A DNA stretch of 64,000 bases, taken from an uncultured Pelagibacteraceae bacterium. Its GTDB lineage: Bacteria; Pseudomonadota; Alphaproteobacteria; Pelagibacterales; AG-422-B15. Position 1 is the first letter of the stretch, and each line of letters begins with the position of its first letter. A model generated the notes under the pieces. That model did not search any database and was not told the DNA's origin. It was given only the letters and a program-made list of their open reading frames with translations. Both the position numbers and the translations under genes were made by a program. The DNA is taken from the NCBI GenBank assembly GCA_902614655.1, contig CACMLX010000004.1:2930-66929 (forward strand). Reading direction: 5' to 3'. Below are positions 11,578-22,825 of the stretch, one piece after another.

Positions 11578-12329
11578 TGTAACTTATTGCTTACGATTAA
11601 AAGACCTTCAAGAGTAAGATCTCTCTCGAAATAATTAATGCATTTAAGGTCATTTTCAAATAGTTTTGACAAACCTCCAGTTGCTATAGCTTTTGCATTG
11701 TAGCAATCGTGAGAAGTTTTTAATCTCTCAATCAAGCCCTCGATTAAACTAATATACCCCCAATAAATACCCGATTCCATTGCTGCAATTGTATGTTTAC
11801 CGATTAATGTTTCAGGCTTTTTAAAAGTTATAAGTGGTAATAACGCTGCACCATCTGACAGTGACTTAATTGATAAATTGACACCAGGACAAATTAACCC
11901 TCCACAATATGCACCACTCTTATCTACAACATCTAAAGTGGTAGCTGTCCCAAAATCTACAATTATGAAAGGAGGTTCATACTTATCTATAGCTGCTATT
12001 GAGTTAATGATCCTGTCATCTCCAACTTCGGCTGGGTTGATAACATTGAATTTTATAAATAACTCTAAGTCAGAAGTATTTAATTCTCTAGTTGGTAGAT
12101 TTTCAAAATTTTTTGAGATCAAAATTCGTAAATTTTTTTGAGCTTGTGGTACGACACCCGAAATTAAAACGTATTCTACATTAGCTAAAAAAATGCTAAG
12201 AGATTTCAATATATCATCTGGTGAACTTATAACAATGTTAGTTTCAAATCGTACTTGATCAATTAATCTCGAATTGTCATATTTCCCCATTAATACATTT
12301 GTATTTCCTATATCAACTAAAACCTTCAT
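11574..12329 (-). CDS. coaX: Type III pantothenate kinase
   Basis: DIGNTN, VGDDR, VDFGTATT, ATGGL. Confidence 0.93.
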   Translation of the reverse strand: MKVLVDIGNTNVLMGKYDNSRLIDQVRFETNIVISSPDDILKSLSIFLANVEYVLISGVVPQAQKNLRILISKNFENLPTRELNTSDLELFIKFNVINPAEVGDDRIINSIAAIDKYEPPFIIVDFGTATTLDVVDKSGAYCGGLICPGVNLSIKSLSDGAALLPLITFKKPETLIGKHTIAAMESGIYWGYISLIEGLIERLKTSHDCYNAKAIATGGLSKLFENDLKCINYFERDLTLEGLLIVSNKLQ

Positions 12330-12331
12330 GA

Positions 12332-13072
12332 TTAGTAACTAAATGACAGTTCTCCTGAATTGAATTTTTTAAGCTCTCCATTCACTTTAATTTGAATCTC
12401 AAATGTATCAGTTATATCATCTAATATACCTTCAAATTCAATATTATTTTGAAAAAAACGAACCCGATCTCGCATTTTCCAGCAATTATTTTTATATAAC
12501 TCAATTAACTCTGAAATATCATCACTGTTAAGAATATTTAAGTAATTATTGATATTGGAGTCTAATGTTATAAGTATCTCTTTTGGCATAACTTCATTTT
12601 CGATTATAGATTTTATAGAGTTAGTTTTATGATTATTTATATTTGGTGAATTTTTTAAATTAATACCAATTCCAATTATAGAAAAACTCGCATTTTCACC
12701 TAGTAAATTTTCTATTAATATTCCAGCTAATTTTGCGTCATTATATAGTATATCGTTAGGCCATTTAATTTTTAAGAGGGCATTATTGGGTAAAAGATTT
12801 TTAATTGCATCATATACCGACAAAGAAGTTATACATGAAATAAACGGTATCTTTCTGTGATCCAAATTAATTGGCAAGACATATGAGCCATAAAAATTAC
12901 CTTCCTCTGAAACCCATTTATTATTATTTCTGCCTTTACCTGAAGTTTGTCTATTAGCTATAATCCAAGTTGCTTTATTTATTTTGTCATTTTCAATTAA
13001 TCTTTTAGCTTCTACATTCGTGCTATCGATTACTTCATGAAAAATAACTTCTGATTGAATTTGATCTAACAT
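12332..13072 (-). CDS. birA: Biotin--acetyl-CoA-carboxylase ligase (no HTH domain)
   Basis: DSTN, QTSGKGR, KWPND, KLAGILIE, GIGIN. Confidence 0.93.
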   Translation of the reverse strand: MLDQIQSEVIFHEVIDSTNVEAKRLIENDKINKATWIIANRQTSGKGRNNNKWVSEEGNFYGSYVLPINLDHRKIPFISCITSLSVYDAIKNLLPNNALLKIKWPNDILYNDAKLAGILIENLLGENASFSIIGIGINLKNSPNINNHKTNSIKSIIENEVMPKEILITLDSNINNYLNILNSDDISELIELYKNNCWKMRDRVRFFQNNIEFEGILDDITDTFEIQIKVNGELKKFNSGELSFSY

Positions 13073-14481
13073 TAAATAATTGATTGAATGGCATATTCAG
13101 AAATATTTATTACTGGCGATGGATAAATAAAGAAAATAATAATTAGTATTGATGAAGGATAATAAAGCAGATTAAGTGATTTGATACTTGATCCATCAAA
13201 TTCTTCTCTAGGTTCATCAAAATACATTATCTTAACAATCCTTAAATAATAAAATGCACTGATAACACTTGCCATGACGCCAATGATTGCGAGAAACAAC
13301 ATTTCAGATTCAATAGCTGCAACGAAAATATAAAATTTACCAAAAAAGCCAGCTAGAGGCGGGATGCCAGCTAGAGAAAACATAATCAAGGCAATCAGCA
13401 TGGTCCTTAAAGGATGATTTTTATGCATTCCAGATAAATCTGAAATATTTTCAAAATATCCATCGTTTCTTTTTAAAGACAGTAAAAAAGCAAAAACAGC
13501 AATGTTCATAATTAAATAAATCATTAAATATATTAATAATGACCTTAACCCCTCATCGGTAAAAGAGGCCACACCTATTAAAGAATATCCAATATGACCT
13601 ATTGAACTATACGCCATTAGTCTTTTTAAATTGGTTTGAGCAATGGCAGCAAAGGCAGCGAGCATCATCGATGCGATTGATATGAAAAAAATAATTTGTT
13701 GCCAGTCAATATAAATCTCACTAAATGAATTGAATAAGAATCTAACAAGTAAACCCATTGCAGCAATTTTTGGAGCAAGCGCAAAGAATCCTGTAATCGG
13801 AGTAGGTGCTCCTTGATAAACGTCAGGCGTCCACATATGGAAAGGAACTGCTGACACTTTAAAAGCTAGTCCTGCCAATACAAAAACTATACCAATAATT
13901 AAACCCAGACTTTCAGGGTTAATATTCACAGCGATTAGATTAAAGTTTGTATTTCCTGAAAATCCATAAATATATGAGATTCCAAAGAGTAATAAACCTG
14001 AGGAAAGAGCTCCGAGGATAAAATATTTAATTCCTGCTTCTGATGACAATAAGCTGTTTCTGTTCAAAGCCGCAAGAACATAAAGGCTTAATGATTGAAG
14101 CTCTAATCCTATAAACATTGCAAGCAAATCATTTGCTGAAACCATCACCATCATACCTATGGTTGAGAAAATTATTAAAATTGGAAATTCATAAATATTT
14201 ATATTTAGATCGTCTTTACTTGATACAAACATAATCAATGAAGCAATGGAGCCGATCAGTATCATAACTTTTAGTACTAGTGAAAATTCATCTACGACAA
14301 AACTATTTAGAAAGGCTGATTGAAAGGGTTGATTTAAAATTAAGATAACTGTGACTAAGAGAGAAAATATAGCAATCAAGTTAATAAGCTTTATATTTTT
14401 CAAAAACAAGCCAGTCACTAACAAAACTGTTGCAACTATAAATAAAAATATTTCAGGTAATATGTATACTAAACTTTGCAT
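13072..14481 (-). CDS. nuoN: NADH-quinone oxidoreductase subunit N
   Basis: FKVSAVPFHMWTPDVYQGAP, KRLMAYSSI. Confidence 0.97.
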   Translation of the reverse strand: MQSLVYILPEIFLFIVATVLLVTGLFLKNIKLINLIAIFSLLVTVILILNQPFQSAFLNSFVVDEFSLVLKVMILIGSIASLIMFVSSKDDLNINIYEFPILIIFSTIGMMVMVSANDLLAMFIGLELQSLSLYVLAALNRNSLLSSEAGIKYFILGALSSGLLLFGISYIYGFSGNTNFNLIAVNINPESLGLIIGIVFVLAGLAFKVSAVPFHMWTPDVYQGAPTPITGFFALAPKIAAMGLLVRFLFNSFSEIYIDWQQIIFFISIASMMLAAFAAIAQTNLKRLMAYSSIGHIGYSLIGVASFTDEGLRSLLIYLMIYLIMNIAVFAFLLSLKRNDGYFENISDLSGMHKNHPLRTMLIALIMFSLAGIPPLAGFFGKFYIFVAAIESEMLFLAIIGVMASVISAFYYLRIVKIMYFDEPREEFDGSSIKSLNLLYYPSSILIIIFFIYPSPVINISEYAIQSII

Positions 14482-14482
14482 T

Positions 14483-15964
14483 TTAATCTAATTTCATTTT
14501 AATTTGATTTACAATTTTTTCTGTTGAAGGCTCAATTATATTTATGATTGGTTTTGGATATAAGCCTATGAATATTGTTAGGATAATTAAGGGAAGAAAA
14601 ATAATTATCTCTCTTCTTGTTAAGTCAAACATTTCAGATAGATCATCTTTAATTAAAGCGCCAAATATTATTCTTCTATAAAGCCATAACGAATATGTGG
14701 CTGCCAACACAACACCTGTAGTCGCAAATATCGCAAAATATGTATTTACCGTAAATATAGAAAGGAGTACTAAAAACTCACCAACAAAACCACTTGTTCC
14801 AGGCAAGCCAAGACTGGCTAATATAAAAATCATAAATGAAAATGAATAAAAAGGCATTTTACTAACTAAGCCTCCATATCTTGCGATTTCTCTTGTATGG
14901 AGACGATCATATACTACGCCAACACACAAAAATAATGCCGCAGAAACAATGCCATGACTTATCATTTGAATTATGCCGCCTTCTATTCCTTGTACAGTAA
15001 ATGTAAATATTCCTAATGTTACAAATCCCATGTGGGCAACTGATGAATAAGCAATTAGTTTCTTCATATCTTCTTGCACTAATGCAATTAGAGAAGTCAC
15101 TATTATTGCTATGACACTAAGAGAAAATATAAATGGCGCAAAAAATTCTGATGCATCCGGAAAAAAACCAATAGAAAATCTTATAAAGCCATACCCAGCC
15201 ATTTTTAATAGAACGCCCGCAAGTATAACTGATCCAGCTGTCGGTGCTTCTACGTGGGCATCTGGTAGCCAAGTGTGAAAAGGCCACATTGGTATCTTGA
15301 CCATGAATGAAGTAAAAAATGCGATCCACAATATTAACTGTTCGTTTGTAGTAAAATTATACAACAAGAGTGTTTCAACATCAGTTGTGCCTGTAGAAAT
15401 GAAAATATAAATTATTGCAAGTAGCATAAATACTGAGCCAGCAAGTGTATAAAGAAAAAATTTGAAAGTTGAATAAACCCTTCTTTCTCCACCCCATATC
15501 CCAATGATTAAGAACATTGGAATTAAACCTCCTTCAAAAAATAGATAAAATAGGACAAGATCAAGAGAGCAGAAAACCCCAATCATAAAGGTTTCTAAAG
15601 CTAAAAATGAAATTAAATATTCTTTTACAGAAAATTTAATGCTTTCATAGCTTGCAAGTATGCAAATAGGTACGAGCATTGTTGTCAGTATTACAAATAA
15701 AATTGAAACTCCATCTATACCTAAATGATAACTGATACCACTTTCTATCCATGCGTATTTTTCTACAAATTGAAAATCTGGATTATTTAAGTCAAATGAA
15801 AATAGTAATGATAATGATATAATAAAATTTAAAAAAGTGATCCATAAGGCGGTGTGTTTTAAATTTTGCGAGCTTTGGTCATCATTATTTCTTATCAATA
15901 ACATAAAAAATATTCCAACGACCGGTATAAAGATTAAAATACTTAAGATTGGAATCTCACTCAT
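14483..15964 (-). CDS. nuoM: NADH-quinone oxidoreductase subunit M
   Basis: WPFHTWLPDAHVEAP, GLPGTSGFVGEF. Confidence 0.97.
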   Translation of the reverse strand: MSEIPILSILIFIPVVGIFFMLLIRNNDDQSSQNLKHTALWITFLNFIISLSLLFSFDLNNPDFQFVEKYAWIESGISYHLGIDGVSILFVILTTMLVPICILASYESIKFSVKEYLISFLALETFMIGVFCSLDLVLFYLFFEGGLIPMFLIIGIWGGERRVYSTFKFFLYTLAGSVFMLLAIIYIFISTGTTDVETLLLYNFTTNEQLILWIAFFTSFMVKIPMWPFHTWLPDAHVEAPTAGSVILAGVLLKMAGYGFIRFSIGFFPDASEFFAPFIFSLSVIAIIVTSLIALVQEDMKKLIAYSSVAHMGFVTLGIFTFTVQGIEGGIIQMISHGIVSAALFLCVGVVYDRLHTREIARYGGLVSKMPFYSFSFMIFILASLGLPGTSGFVGEFLVLLSIFTVNTYFAIFATTGVVLAATYSLWLYRRIIFGALIKDDLSEMFDLTRREIIIFLPLIILTIFIGLYPKPIINIIEPSTEKIVNQIKMKLD

Positions 15965-15967
15965 TTT

Positions 15968-17890
15968 TTAAAACCTGAAAATTATGAAAGTAATAATGAT
16001 TGAAAGACCAATTAAAATGGCAAAAGCATAATGGTAAATAAATCCAGATTGAACTTGCTTTGCTTTAATTGATATTCTGCTCACTAATGCAGCTATTCCG
16101 TTAGGTCCGTAACCATCAATAATTAAACCATCAATAAACTTCCAAAAAATCTGGCCAATTGCCATAGCTGGTTTTACAAAAATAGAATTATATAACTCGT
16201 CGAAATACCATTTATTTAATAGAAAGTTGTAAAGCGGTTTATTTAACTCGGCTATATTCTTAGCCATATTTGATTTTCGAATATACATGAACCAAGCGAT
16301 AATAAATCCAACTACACCTAAAATTGCAGGCAAATAATATATTAAGAGAGGAATTGAATGGTGATCTTCATGGTGGACGACAATTGAGCCATTCCAAAAT
16401 ACATCACTGTAGTAACCGATGAAATAACTTTTGAATAAAAATCCGAAAAACAACGCTCCAATTGCCAAAATTATTAGAGGAATTAACATTACTGAGGAAG
16501 ACTCATGAACTTTACTAAGATCTTCTTCAGCCATTCTTGTTTTTCCATTGAAAACAAGAAACATAAGCCTCCATGAATAGAAAGATGTCATCACAACACC
16601 GACTGTAAGTAAGATATACGCGTAGTCTGCGAAATTGGAATTAGACAAATAAGCTGTTTCTATGATTGCATCTTTTGAGTAATAGCCAGAAGTGAATGGA
16701 AAACCCATAAGTGAAATTGTTCCAATTATCATCATTAATTGAGTTATTGGAACAAAATTACTTATACCTCCCATTTTCCTTATATCCTGTTCTTCGTGAA
16801 CGGCATGAATAACTGATCCAGCTCCTAAAAATAGAAGTGCTTTAAAAAATGCATGTGTAAATAAATGGAACATAGCTGCACCGTAAGCTCCAAGTCCAGC
16901 TGCAACGAACATGTAGCCTAATTGACTGCAAGTTGAATATGCAATAACACGCTTAATATCATTTTGAACCAGCCCAACGGTAGCTGCAAAGAATGCAGTA
17001 CTTGCACCAATCAAAACTACAAAGTCCAGAGCAACAGGAGCCAAATCAAATAAAGGTGAACATCGTACAACAAGAAATACTCCAGCTGTAACCATTGTTG
17101 CCGCATGTATCAATGCAGATACTGGTGTTGGGCCTTCCATTGCATCAGGAAGCCATGTATGAAGAAATAATTGAGCTGACTTGCCCATTGCGCCAATAAA
17201 TAAGAAAATACAAATTAAAGTCAATGCATGTAGTTCAATACCTAAAAAATTAAAATTTACGTTCTTAAAAGATGAGGCATTACTAAATACTGTCTGGTAT
17301 TCGATGCTGCCAAAAACAATAAATATTGTAAAAATACCTAAAGCTAATCCAAAATCACCTATGCGATTTACTATAAATGCTTTAATTGCAGCGGCATTTG
17401 CAGTTGGTTTTTTATACCAAAACCCAATTAATAAATAAGAGGCAAGTCCAACACCCTCCCAGCCAAAGAAAAGTTGCAAAAAATTATCTGCTGTAACAAG
17501 CATCAACATAGCAAATGTGAATAATGATAAGTATCCCATAAAACGAGGCTTACTATCATCATGAGACATATAACCAATTGAATAAATATGAACTAACGCT
17601 GATACGCTTGTAATTACTACAAGCATTACTCTTGTGGCTGTATCTAGATAAATTGACCAATCGGCATTGAATGAACCAGAGGATATCCAGTTAAATAGTT
17701 TGATTGATACTACCGATGGGTCCCCAATATTATCAATAAAAATATAAAACGAAAATATTGCTGTAATAGTAATAAATAATGAAGTTATAATCTCTGCTGC
17801 TCGGTCAATAAATTTATTAGATTTAAAAAATGATAACGAACAAGAAATCAAGAACCCGATCAGGGGTAATAAAATTATACTATGCGCCAT
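15968..17890 (-). CDS. nuoL: NADH-quinone oxidoreductase subunit L
   Basis: GKSAQLFLHTWLPDAMEGPTPVSALIHAATMV, HAFFKALLF. Confidence 0.97.
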   Translation of the reverse strand: MAHSIILLPLIGFLISCSLSFFKSNKFIDRAAEIITSLFITITAIFSFYIFIDNIGDPSVVSIKLFNWISSGSFNADWSIYLDTATRVMLVVITSVSALVHIYSIGYMSHDDSKPRFMGYLSLFTFAMLMLVTADNFLQLFFGWEGVGLASYLLIGFWYKKPTANAAAIKAFIVNRIGDFGLALGIFTIFIVFGSIEYQTVFSNASSFKNVNFNFLGIELHALTLICIFLFIGAMGKSAQLFLHTWLPDAMEGPTPVSALIHAATMVTAGVFLVVRCSPLFDLAPVALDFVVLIGASTAFFAATVGLVQNDIKRVIAYSTCSQLGYMFVAAGLGAYGAAMFHLFTHAFFKALLFLGAGSVIHAVHEEQDIRKMGGISNFVPITQLMMIIGTISLMGFPFTSGYYSKDAIIETAYLSNSNFADYAYILLTVGVVMTSFYSWRLMFLVFNGKTRMAEEDLSKVHESSSVMLIPLIILAIGALFFGFLFKSYFIGYYSDVFWNGSIVVHHEDHHSIPLLIYYLPAILGVVGFIIAWFMYIRKSNMAKNIAELNKPLYNFLLNKWYFDELYNSIFVKPAMAIGQIFWKFIDGLIIDGYGPNGIAALVSRISIKAKQVQSGFIYHYAFAILIGLSIIITFIIFRF

Positions 17891-17896
17891 TCAACA

Positions 17897-18202
17897 TTAC
17901 CCCTTTAAGGCGTTAATTTTCTCAATCTCTATATTGCCAGCATTTCTGTTATAAATTACAAGTATAGCAAGTCCGATTGCAGCTTCAGCGGCAGCAACAG
18001 TAAGTACAAAAAGAGAGAATATTTGACCAGTTAGATCATTTAAAAAATATGAAAAAGCAATAAGATTTAAATTAACAGAGAGCAAAATGATTTCAATTGA
18101 CATTAAAATGATAATCACATTTTTTCGGTTTAAAAAAATACCAATAACGCCAATTGCAAACAATAAAGCAGATAAAATTAAAAATTGATTTAATTCAATC
18201 AT
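17897..18202 (-). CDS. nuoK: NADH-quinone oxidoreductase subunit K
   Basis: [19 protein letters not shown]. Confidence 0.97.
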   Translation of the reverse strand: MIELNQFLILSALLFAIGVIGIFLNRKNVIIILMSIEIILLSVNLNLIAFSYFLNDLTGQIFSLFVLTVAAAEAAIGLAILVIYNRNAGNIEIEKINALKG

Positions 18203-18816
18203 TAAATATCAACACCTTTTCCTGATTTTACATCTACTAAATTAATTTTGCCCTGTCGTTGTAGTTGTTCTGAAACAACTTGCCTCTTTACGCCTTCTCT
18301 TTCGCGGAGAGTTAATACAATAGAACCAATCATTGCAACTAACAGAATTACACCTGAAAGTTGGAAATATAGAATGTAGTCTGTGTACAAAACTGAGCCA
18401 ATTGCTTCTGTATTAGACTTGCCAGTAAAATCTGAAAGAGGATTTGGTAACACTTGAATATTAGACAAGTCAAACTTTGTATTGATTAATACAATTATTA
18501 ACTCTGCAATAAAAACTACACCAATCAAAATTCCTATCGGAATATATTGTAAAATATTATCCTTATTGATTGATGTTTTAAAATCTAACATCATTACAAC
18601 AAATAAAAAAAGTACTGCAACAGCACCAACATAAACAATTATGAGTATCATTGCCAAAAATTCGGCGTGAAGAATAACGAATAAGCCGGCGGCATTCAAA
18701 AATGAAAGAATTAGGAACAATACTGAATGGACTGGGTTTTTAGTTGAAATAACCATCAATGAAGAAATTAAAATAACCCCTGAAAATAAATAGAATGTTA
18801 ATAATTGAGCTGTCAT
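18202..18816 (-). CDS. nuoJ: NADH-quinone oxidoreductase subunit J
   Basis: [26 protein letters not shown]. Confidence 0.97.
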   Translation of the reverse strand: MTAQLLTFYLFSGVILISSLMVISTKNPVHSVLFLILSFLNAAGLFVILHAEFLAMILIIVYVGAVAVLFLFVVMMLDFKTSINKDNILQYIPIGILIGVVFIAELIIVLINTKFDLSNIQVLPNPLSDFTGKSNTEAIGSVLYTDYILYFQLSGVILLVAMIGSIVLTLREREGVKRQVVSEQLQRQGKINLVDVKSGKGVDI

Positions 18817-19302
18817 TTATCTATATTTTGCATCGGCTTCTAAGTTCTCAGCGATAACTGTTTCCCACCTATCACCGTTTTCAAGCAATTTTTCTTTCGT
18901 GTAATAAAGTTCTTTTCTCGTTTCAGTTGTAAATTCAAAATTTGGACCTTGTACAATTGCATCAACTGGACACGACTCTTCACATAAACCGCAGTAAATG
19001 CATTTAACCATGTCAATATCATACCTTAGTGTTCTTCTTGTTCCATCATCGCGGGGTTGAGTTTCAATTGTTATCGCTTGAGCTGGACATACAGCCTCAC
19101 ACAATTTACATCCTATACACCTTTCCTCACCACTCGGATATCTCCTCAAAGCATGCTCTCCTCTGAATCGAGGGCTTAATTTACCTTTTTCAAAAGGATA
19201 ATTGATTGTTGCTTTTTTTCTAAAAAAATATTTTTGAGCTAAATAGAAAGCTTTTAAAAAATCTAGAAGAAGAAACGATTTTAAAAAATTAATTATTTTC
19301 AT
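18817..19302 (-). CDS. nuoI: NADH-quinone oxidoreductase subunit I
   Basis: Two CxxCxxCxxxCP motifs; [11 protein letters not shown]. Confidence 0.97.
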   Translation of the reverse strand: MKIINFLKSFLLLDFLKAFYLAQKYFFRKKATINYPFEKGKLSPRFRGEHALRRYPSGEERCIGCKLCEAVCPAQAITIETQPRDDGTRRTLRYDIDMVKCIYCGLCEESCPVDAIVQGPNFEFTTETRKELYYTKEKLLENGDRWETVIAENLEADAKYR

Positions 19303-20315
19303 TACATTCCTGGAGCTAGATTAAAAAAGAACAATATCGAAGATGTTGCTACAACTGCAAACAGTGATAAGGGCAAGAAAACTTTCCAGCCAAGTCGCAT
19401 TAGTTGGTCATATCGATATCTTGGAACAAATGCTTTAACCATAGCAAATAAGTAAAAAACAAAAATTACTTTCAATAAAAACCAAACAAATCCAGGAACA
19501 GCATTGAGTGGATAAATATCAATTGGCGGCAACCACCCCCCAAGGAATAGGATAGTGGTCATTGCGCACATTAATAAAATATTTATGTATTCTCCAAACA
19601 GAAACAAAACGAATGGCATTCCTGAATACTCTGTTTGATATCCAGCTACTAACTCAGACTCTGCTTCAGGAAGATCAAATGGAGGTCTGTTCGTTTCAGC
19701 TAGTGCGGATATAAAAAAAACAATAAACATTGGAAATAAAGGTATGAAAAACCACATTGTCTTTTGAGCCATTACTATTTCAGTCAAGTTGAGTGAGCCT
19801 ACACATAGCAAGACAGTTATTATTACAAAACCTATGGAAACTTCGTAAGAAACCATTTGAGCAGCTGATCTTAGAGCGCCAAAAAAAGGATACTTACTGT
19901 TTGAAGACCATCCAGCCATCAGAATTCCATAGACACCAAGAGAGCTAATTGCAAAAATGTATAAGATTCCTACATTTATATTAGCCAATACTACGCCCGC
20001 CTGAACTGGTACAACTGCCCAGGCTGTAATTGATAGAGCAAGAGTAATAATAGGAGCAATTAGGAAAACTGTTTTGTCAGAGCCGTCGGGTAAAATAATT
20101 TCTTTAAAAATAAATTTTAATCCATCAGCAGGAACTTGGAACAAACCATACGGGCCAACCACATTTGGGCCTCTCCTTTTTTGAACTGCTGCCCATATTT
20201 TTCTATCTGCATATAACGCCATTACAACACCTAGAAGTAAGGGAACAAAAATAAGTAGGCAATAAAGAATAATGGTCATTACTTCGATAATGTACGTTTG
20301 AGCTAAGCTAATCAT
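19302..20315 (-). CDS. nuoH: NADH-quinone oxidoreductase subunit H
   Basis: [37 protein letters not shown]. Confidence 0.97.
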   Translation of the reverse strand: MISLAQTYIIEVMTIILYCLLIFVPLLLGVVMALYADRKIWAAVQKRRGPNVVGPYGLFQVPADGLKFIFKEIILPDGSDKTVFLIAPIITLALSITAWAVVPVQAGVVLANINVGILYIFAISSLGVYGILMAGWSSNSKYPFFGALRSAAQMVSYEVSIGFVIITVLLCVGSLNLTEIVMAQKTMWFFIPLFPMFIVFFISALAETNRPPFDLPEAESELVAGYQTEYSGMPFVLFLFGEYINILLMCAMTTILFLGGWLPPIDIYPLNAVPGFVWFLLKVIFVFYLFAMVKAFVPRYRYDQLMRLGWKVFLPLSLFAVVATSSILFFFNLAPGM

Positions 20316-22825
20316 TATGAGGCCTTTTCCGTTACCGATGACCTTACTTCACTTCTAGCTCGGCTGCATTCGGCCATCGTACTAGAATGTCTTGTAATTG
20401 AGTCATTTATATAAAAGTCTTCAATACTGAAACTTAAGTTTTTAATTTTAAAGTTAATTTCTTTTGGTTGAGCATAGTATGCCTCTTGATTGTCGTTTAA
20501 AACGACAATTCCATCAGGTGAAAAATTTGCGTCATCTGCTAATCCAATTAAATTATTTTTATTTCTTTTAGTATAAGCCCATTTCTTTTGATTATAAGTA
20601 AGATCATTCCAAGCTTTTCCTATACTATTTGCGTATTGATCCTCATAGGGCAACACGACGTTATTCTTCTTCTTAATATCATTAACAACTTTAAAGCCAT
20701 AATGCTCTGTAAACTCTGACCATGTCTCAGGATAATTATATTTTCTCAGATACTCTCTCTGGCGATCATTTAGATCAGCCCAAGCTGTATTAAATATTTT
20801 TTTTGCAGAATTTTCCTCAAAGCTCTTGATGTTACCATTAATTGTATCATTCTTTTTTTCTTGGCTTGATCTTGTATCCTTATTAATGATTTCTACTTCT
20901 TCATTAGCTTTATTATCAATAATTTTAACGAGTCCATTATTTTGATCATTAAAGTCTTCTTTAAGATGGGGAAACTTGGCAAACATCTCATTTCTTACAT
21001 CATACAATTCTAAAAACGACCACTTTAGTTCAAGGACTTCACTGAATTGATTAATAATTTTCCAATCTTCCCTAGCTTCACCTGGAGGAAAACTTGCTTT
21101 ATTTGCGTATTGAACTCTCCCTTCAGTGTTTATAAAAATTGCATCTTTTTCAGTATATGCTGCTGCAGGCAATATAAAATCAGCGGCGTTTGCGCCTCTA
21201 TCTCCATGTGTGCCCATATAAACTATTTTACAATTAGAAAAATTTTCATAACTGATTTCATCAGCGCCAAATGAAAACACTAATTTGAATTTACCTTTTT
21301 CTGCATCGGCAACCAAATCATCGACTGATTTATTTTTTTGTATAAGACCCATCTCAAGAATACCTGCTCTTGCAGCGGCAAGCTGTAATACATTAAATCC
21401 ATTCCAATCTTCCTGAATGAGATTGAATTTATCTGTAAATGTTTCAAGTAGAGAGTAAATCTGCAATGAGTCATCACGGTTTAACACGGACTGGCCAATA
21501 ATAATCATTGGCTTTGAGGCATTTATTAACTTTTTATAAAATGAGTTTTTTTCATTTAAAAGATCTATAAGGATATTTATATCATCGCCCAAGTGATTGT
21601 ATTTATATGTAAGATCCACATTTTTCCCAATCAGTGCAACTGGAATATTTGATGAAATAACTCTTTTCCTTATTCTTGAATTAATAATTGCAGCTTCTTC
21701 GCGCGTGTTCGTTCCAATCATTAAAATGCAATCTGTTTCATCAATGCCTTTAATTTTAGAATTAAATAAGAACTGAGATCTATGGTTGAATGGAACTTTA
21801 CATCCTTCCTGTCTTCCATCAACTGCCTTGATACTTAGATCTTCCGATAATTTTTTTATTAAGTAGCTTGTTTCTAAATCAATAAAATCACCTACTAAAA
21901 ACGCAATTTCATCAGGATCTGAGTCCATAACAAGTTTTTTTAATTGAGAAAAAGTTTCTCCCCATGAAACTTGCTCTAATTTGTTATTCTTTTTTATGTA
22001 GGGTGTGTCTAGACGTTGATTTAAAAGCCCATCGCATGCATACCTTGTTTTATCTGATATCCACTCTTCATTAATATCTTCATTAAGCACGGGTAATACT
22101 CTTTTTACTTTCCACCCGTAAGTATCAACTCTAATATTCGACCCTACCGCATCCATAACATCAATCGTTTCTGTCTTCTTTAATTCCCAAGGTCTGGCTT
22201 CAAATTGATATGGTTTCGATGTAAGTGCACCTACCGGACATAAATCAACGATATTAGCCGATAGCTCGGAGTCTAATGTCTTTTCTAAATAAGTTGTTAT
22301 TTCCATATTTTCGCCGCGATTTACTGCTCCTAATTGATTTACTCCCGCTACTTCATCTGCAAATCGGATACACCTTGTGCAGTGAATGCATCGAGTCATA
22401 TAAGTTTTAATCAATGGGCCCATATGCTTTTCTTCAACTGCCCTTTTATTCTCTTCGAACCTTGAATTTTCAGGACCAAAAGCAATAGTTTGATCTTGTA
22501 GATCGCACTCACCGCCTTGATCACAAACTGGGCAATCTAGTGGGTGATTAATTAGCAAAAATTCCATTACACCTTCTCTCGCTTTTTTTACAGACTGAGT
22601 ATTTGTATGAATTGACATGCCTTCGTTAATTGGCATCGCGCACGATGCTACTGGTTTAGGTGAACCTTCCACATCAACAAGGCACATTCTACAATTACCT
22701 GCGATTGAAAGACGATCATGGTAGCAAAATCTTGGTATTTCAATTCCTGCCTCTTCACATGCCTGCAGTATCGTCATGCCATCAGATACTTCAATCTCGG
22801 ACCCATTTATTTTTACTTTTGCCAT
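20315..22825 (-). CDS. nuoG: NADH-quinone oxidoreductase subunit G with ~150-aa C-terminal-region insertion
   Basis: [39 protein letters not shown] and C-terminal DFYxxxxITRxSxTMAEC; 836 aa. Confidence 0.96.
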   Translation of the reverse strand: MAKVKINGSEIEVSDGMTILQACEEAGIEIPRFCYHDRLSIAGNCRMCLVDVEGSPKPVASCAMPINEGMSIHTNTQSVKKAREGVMEFLLINHPLDCPVCDQGGECDLQDQTIAFGPENSRFEENKRAVEEKHMGPLIKTYMTRCIHCTRCIRFADEVAGVNQLGAVNRGENMEITTYLEKTLDSELSANIVDLCPVGALTSKPYQFEARPWELKKTETIDVMDAVGSNIRVDTYGWKVKRVLPVLNEDINEEWISDKTRYACDGLLNQRLDTPYIKKNNKLEQVSWGETFSQLKKLVMDSDPDEIAFLVGDFIDLETSYLIKKLSEDLSIKAVDGRQEGCKVPFNHRSQFLFNSKIKGIDETDCILMIGTNTREEAAIINSRIRKRVISSNIPVALIGKNVDLTYKYNHLGDDINILIDLLNEKNSFYKKLINASKPMIIIGQSVLNRDDSLQIYSLLETFTDKFNLIQEDWNGFNVLQLAAARAGILEMGLIQKNKSVDDLVADAEKGKFKLVFSFGADEISYENFSNCKIVYMGTHGDRGANAADFILPAAAYTEKDAIFINTEGRVQYANKASFPPGEAREDWKIINQFSEVLELKWSFLELYDVRNEMFAKFPHLKEDFNDQNNGLVKIIDNKANEEVEIINKDTRSSQEKKNDTINGNIKSFEENSAKKIFNTAWADLNDRQREYLRKYNYPETWSEFTEHYGFKVVNDIKKKNNVVLPYEDQYANSIGKAWNDLTYNQKKWAYTKRNKNNLIGLADDANFSPDGIVVLNDNQEAYYAQPKEINFKIKNLSFSIEDFYINDSITRHSSTMAECSRARSEVRSSVTEKAS
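20489..20509. repeat. Perfect inverted repeat (10-bp arms, 1-nt centre) inside the nuoG insertion
   Basis: ATTGTCGTTT-A-AAACGACAAT read directly. Confidence 0.9.

Noticed and set aside
20426-20950. Intein or intron explanation for the NuoG insert
   Set aside because: No Cys/Ser N-terminal junction with a His-Asn C-terminal junction, no LAGLIDADG motif and no frame interruption
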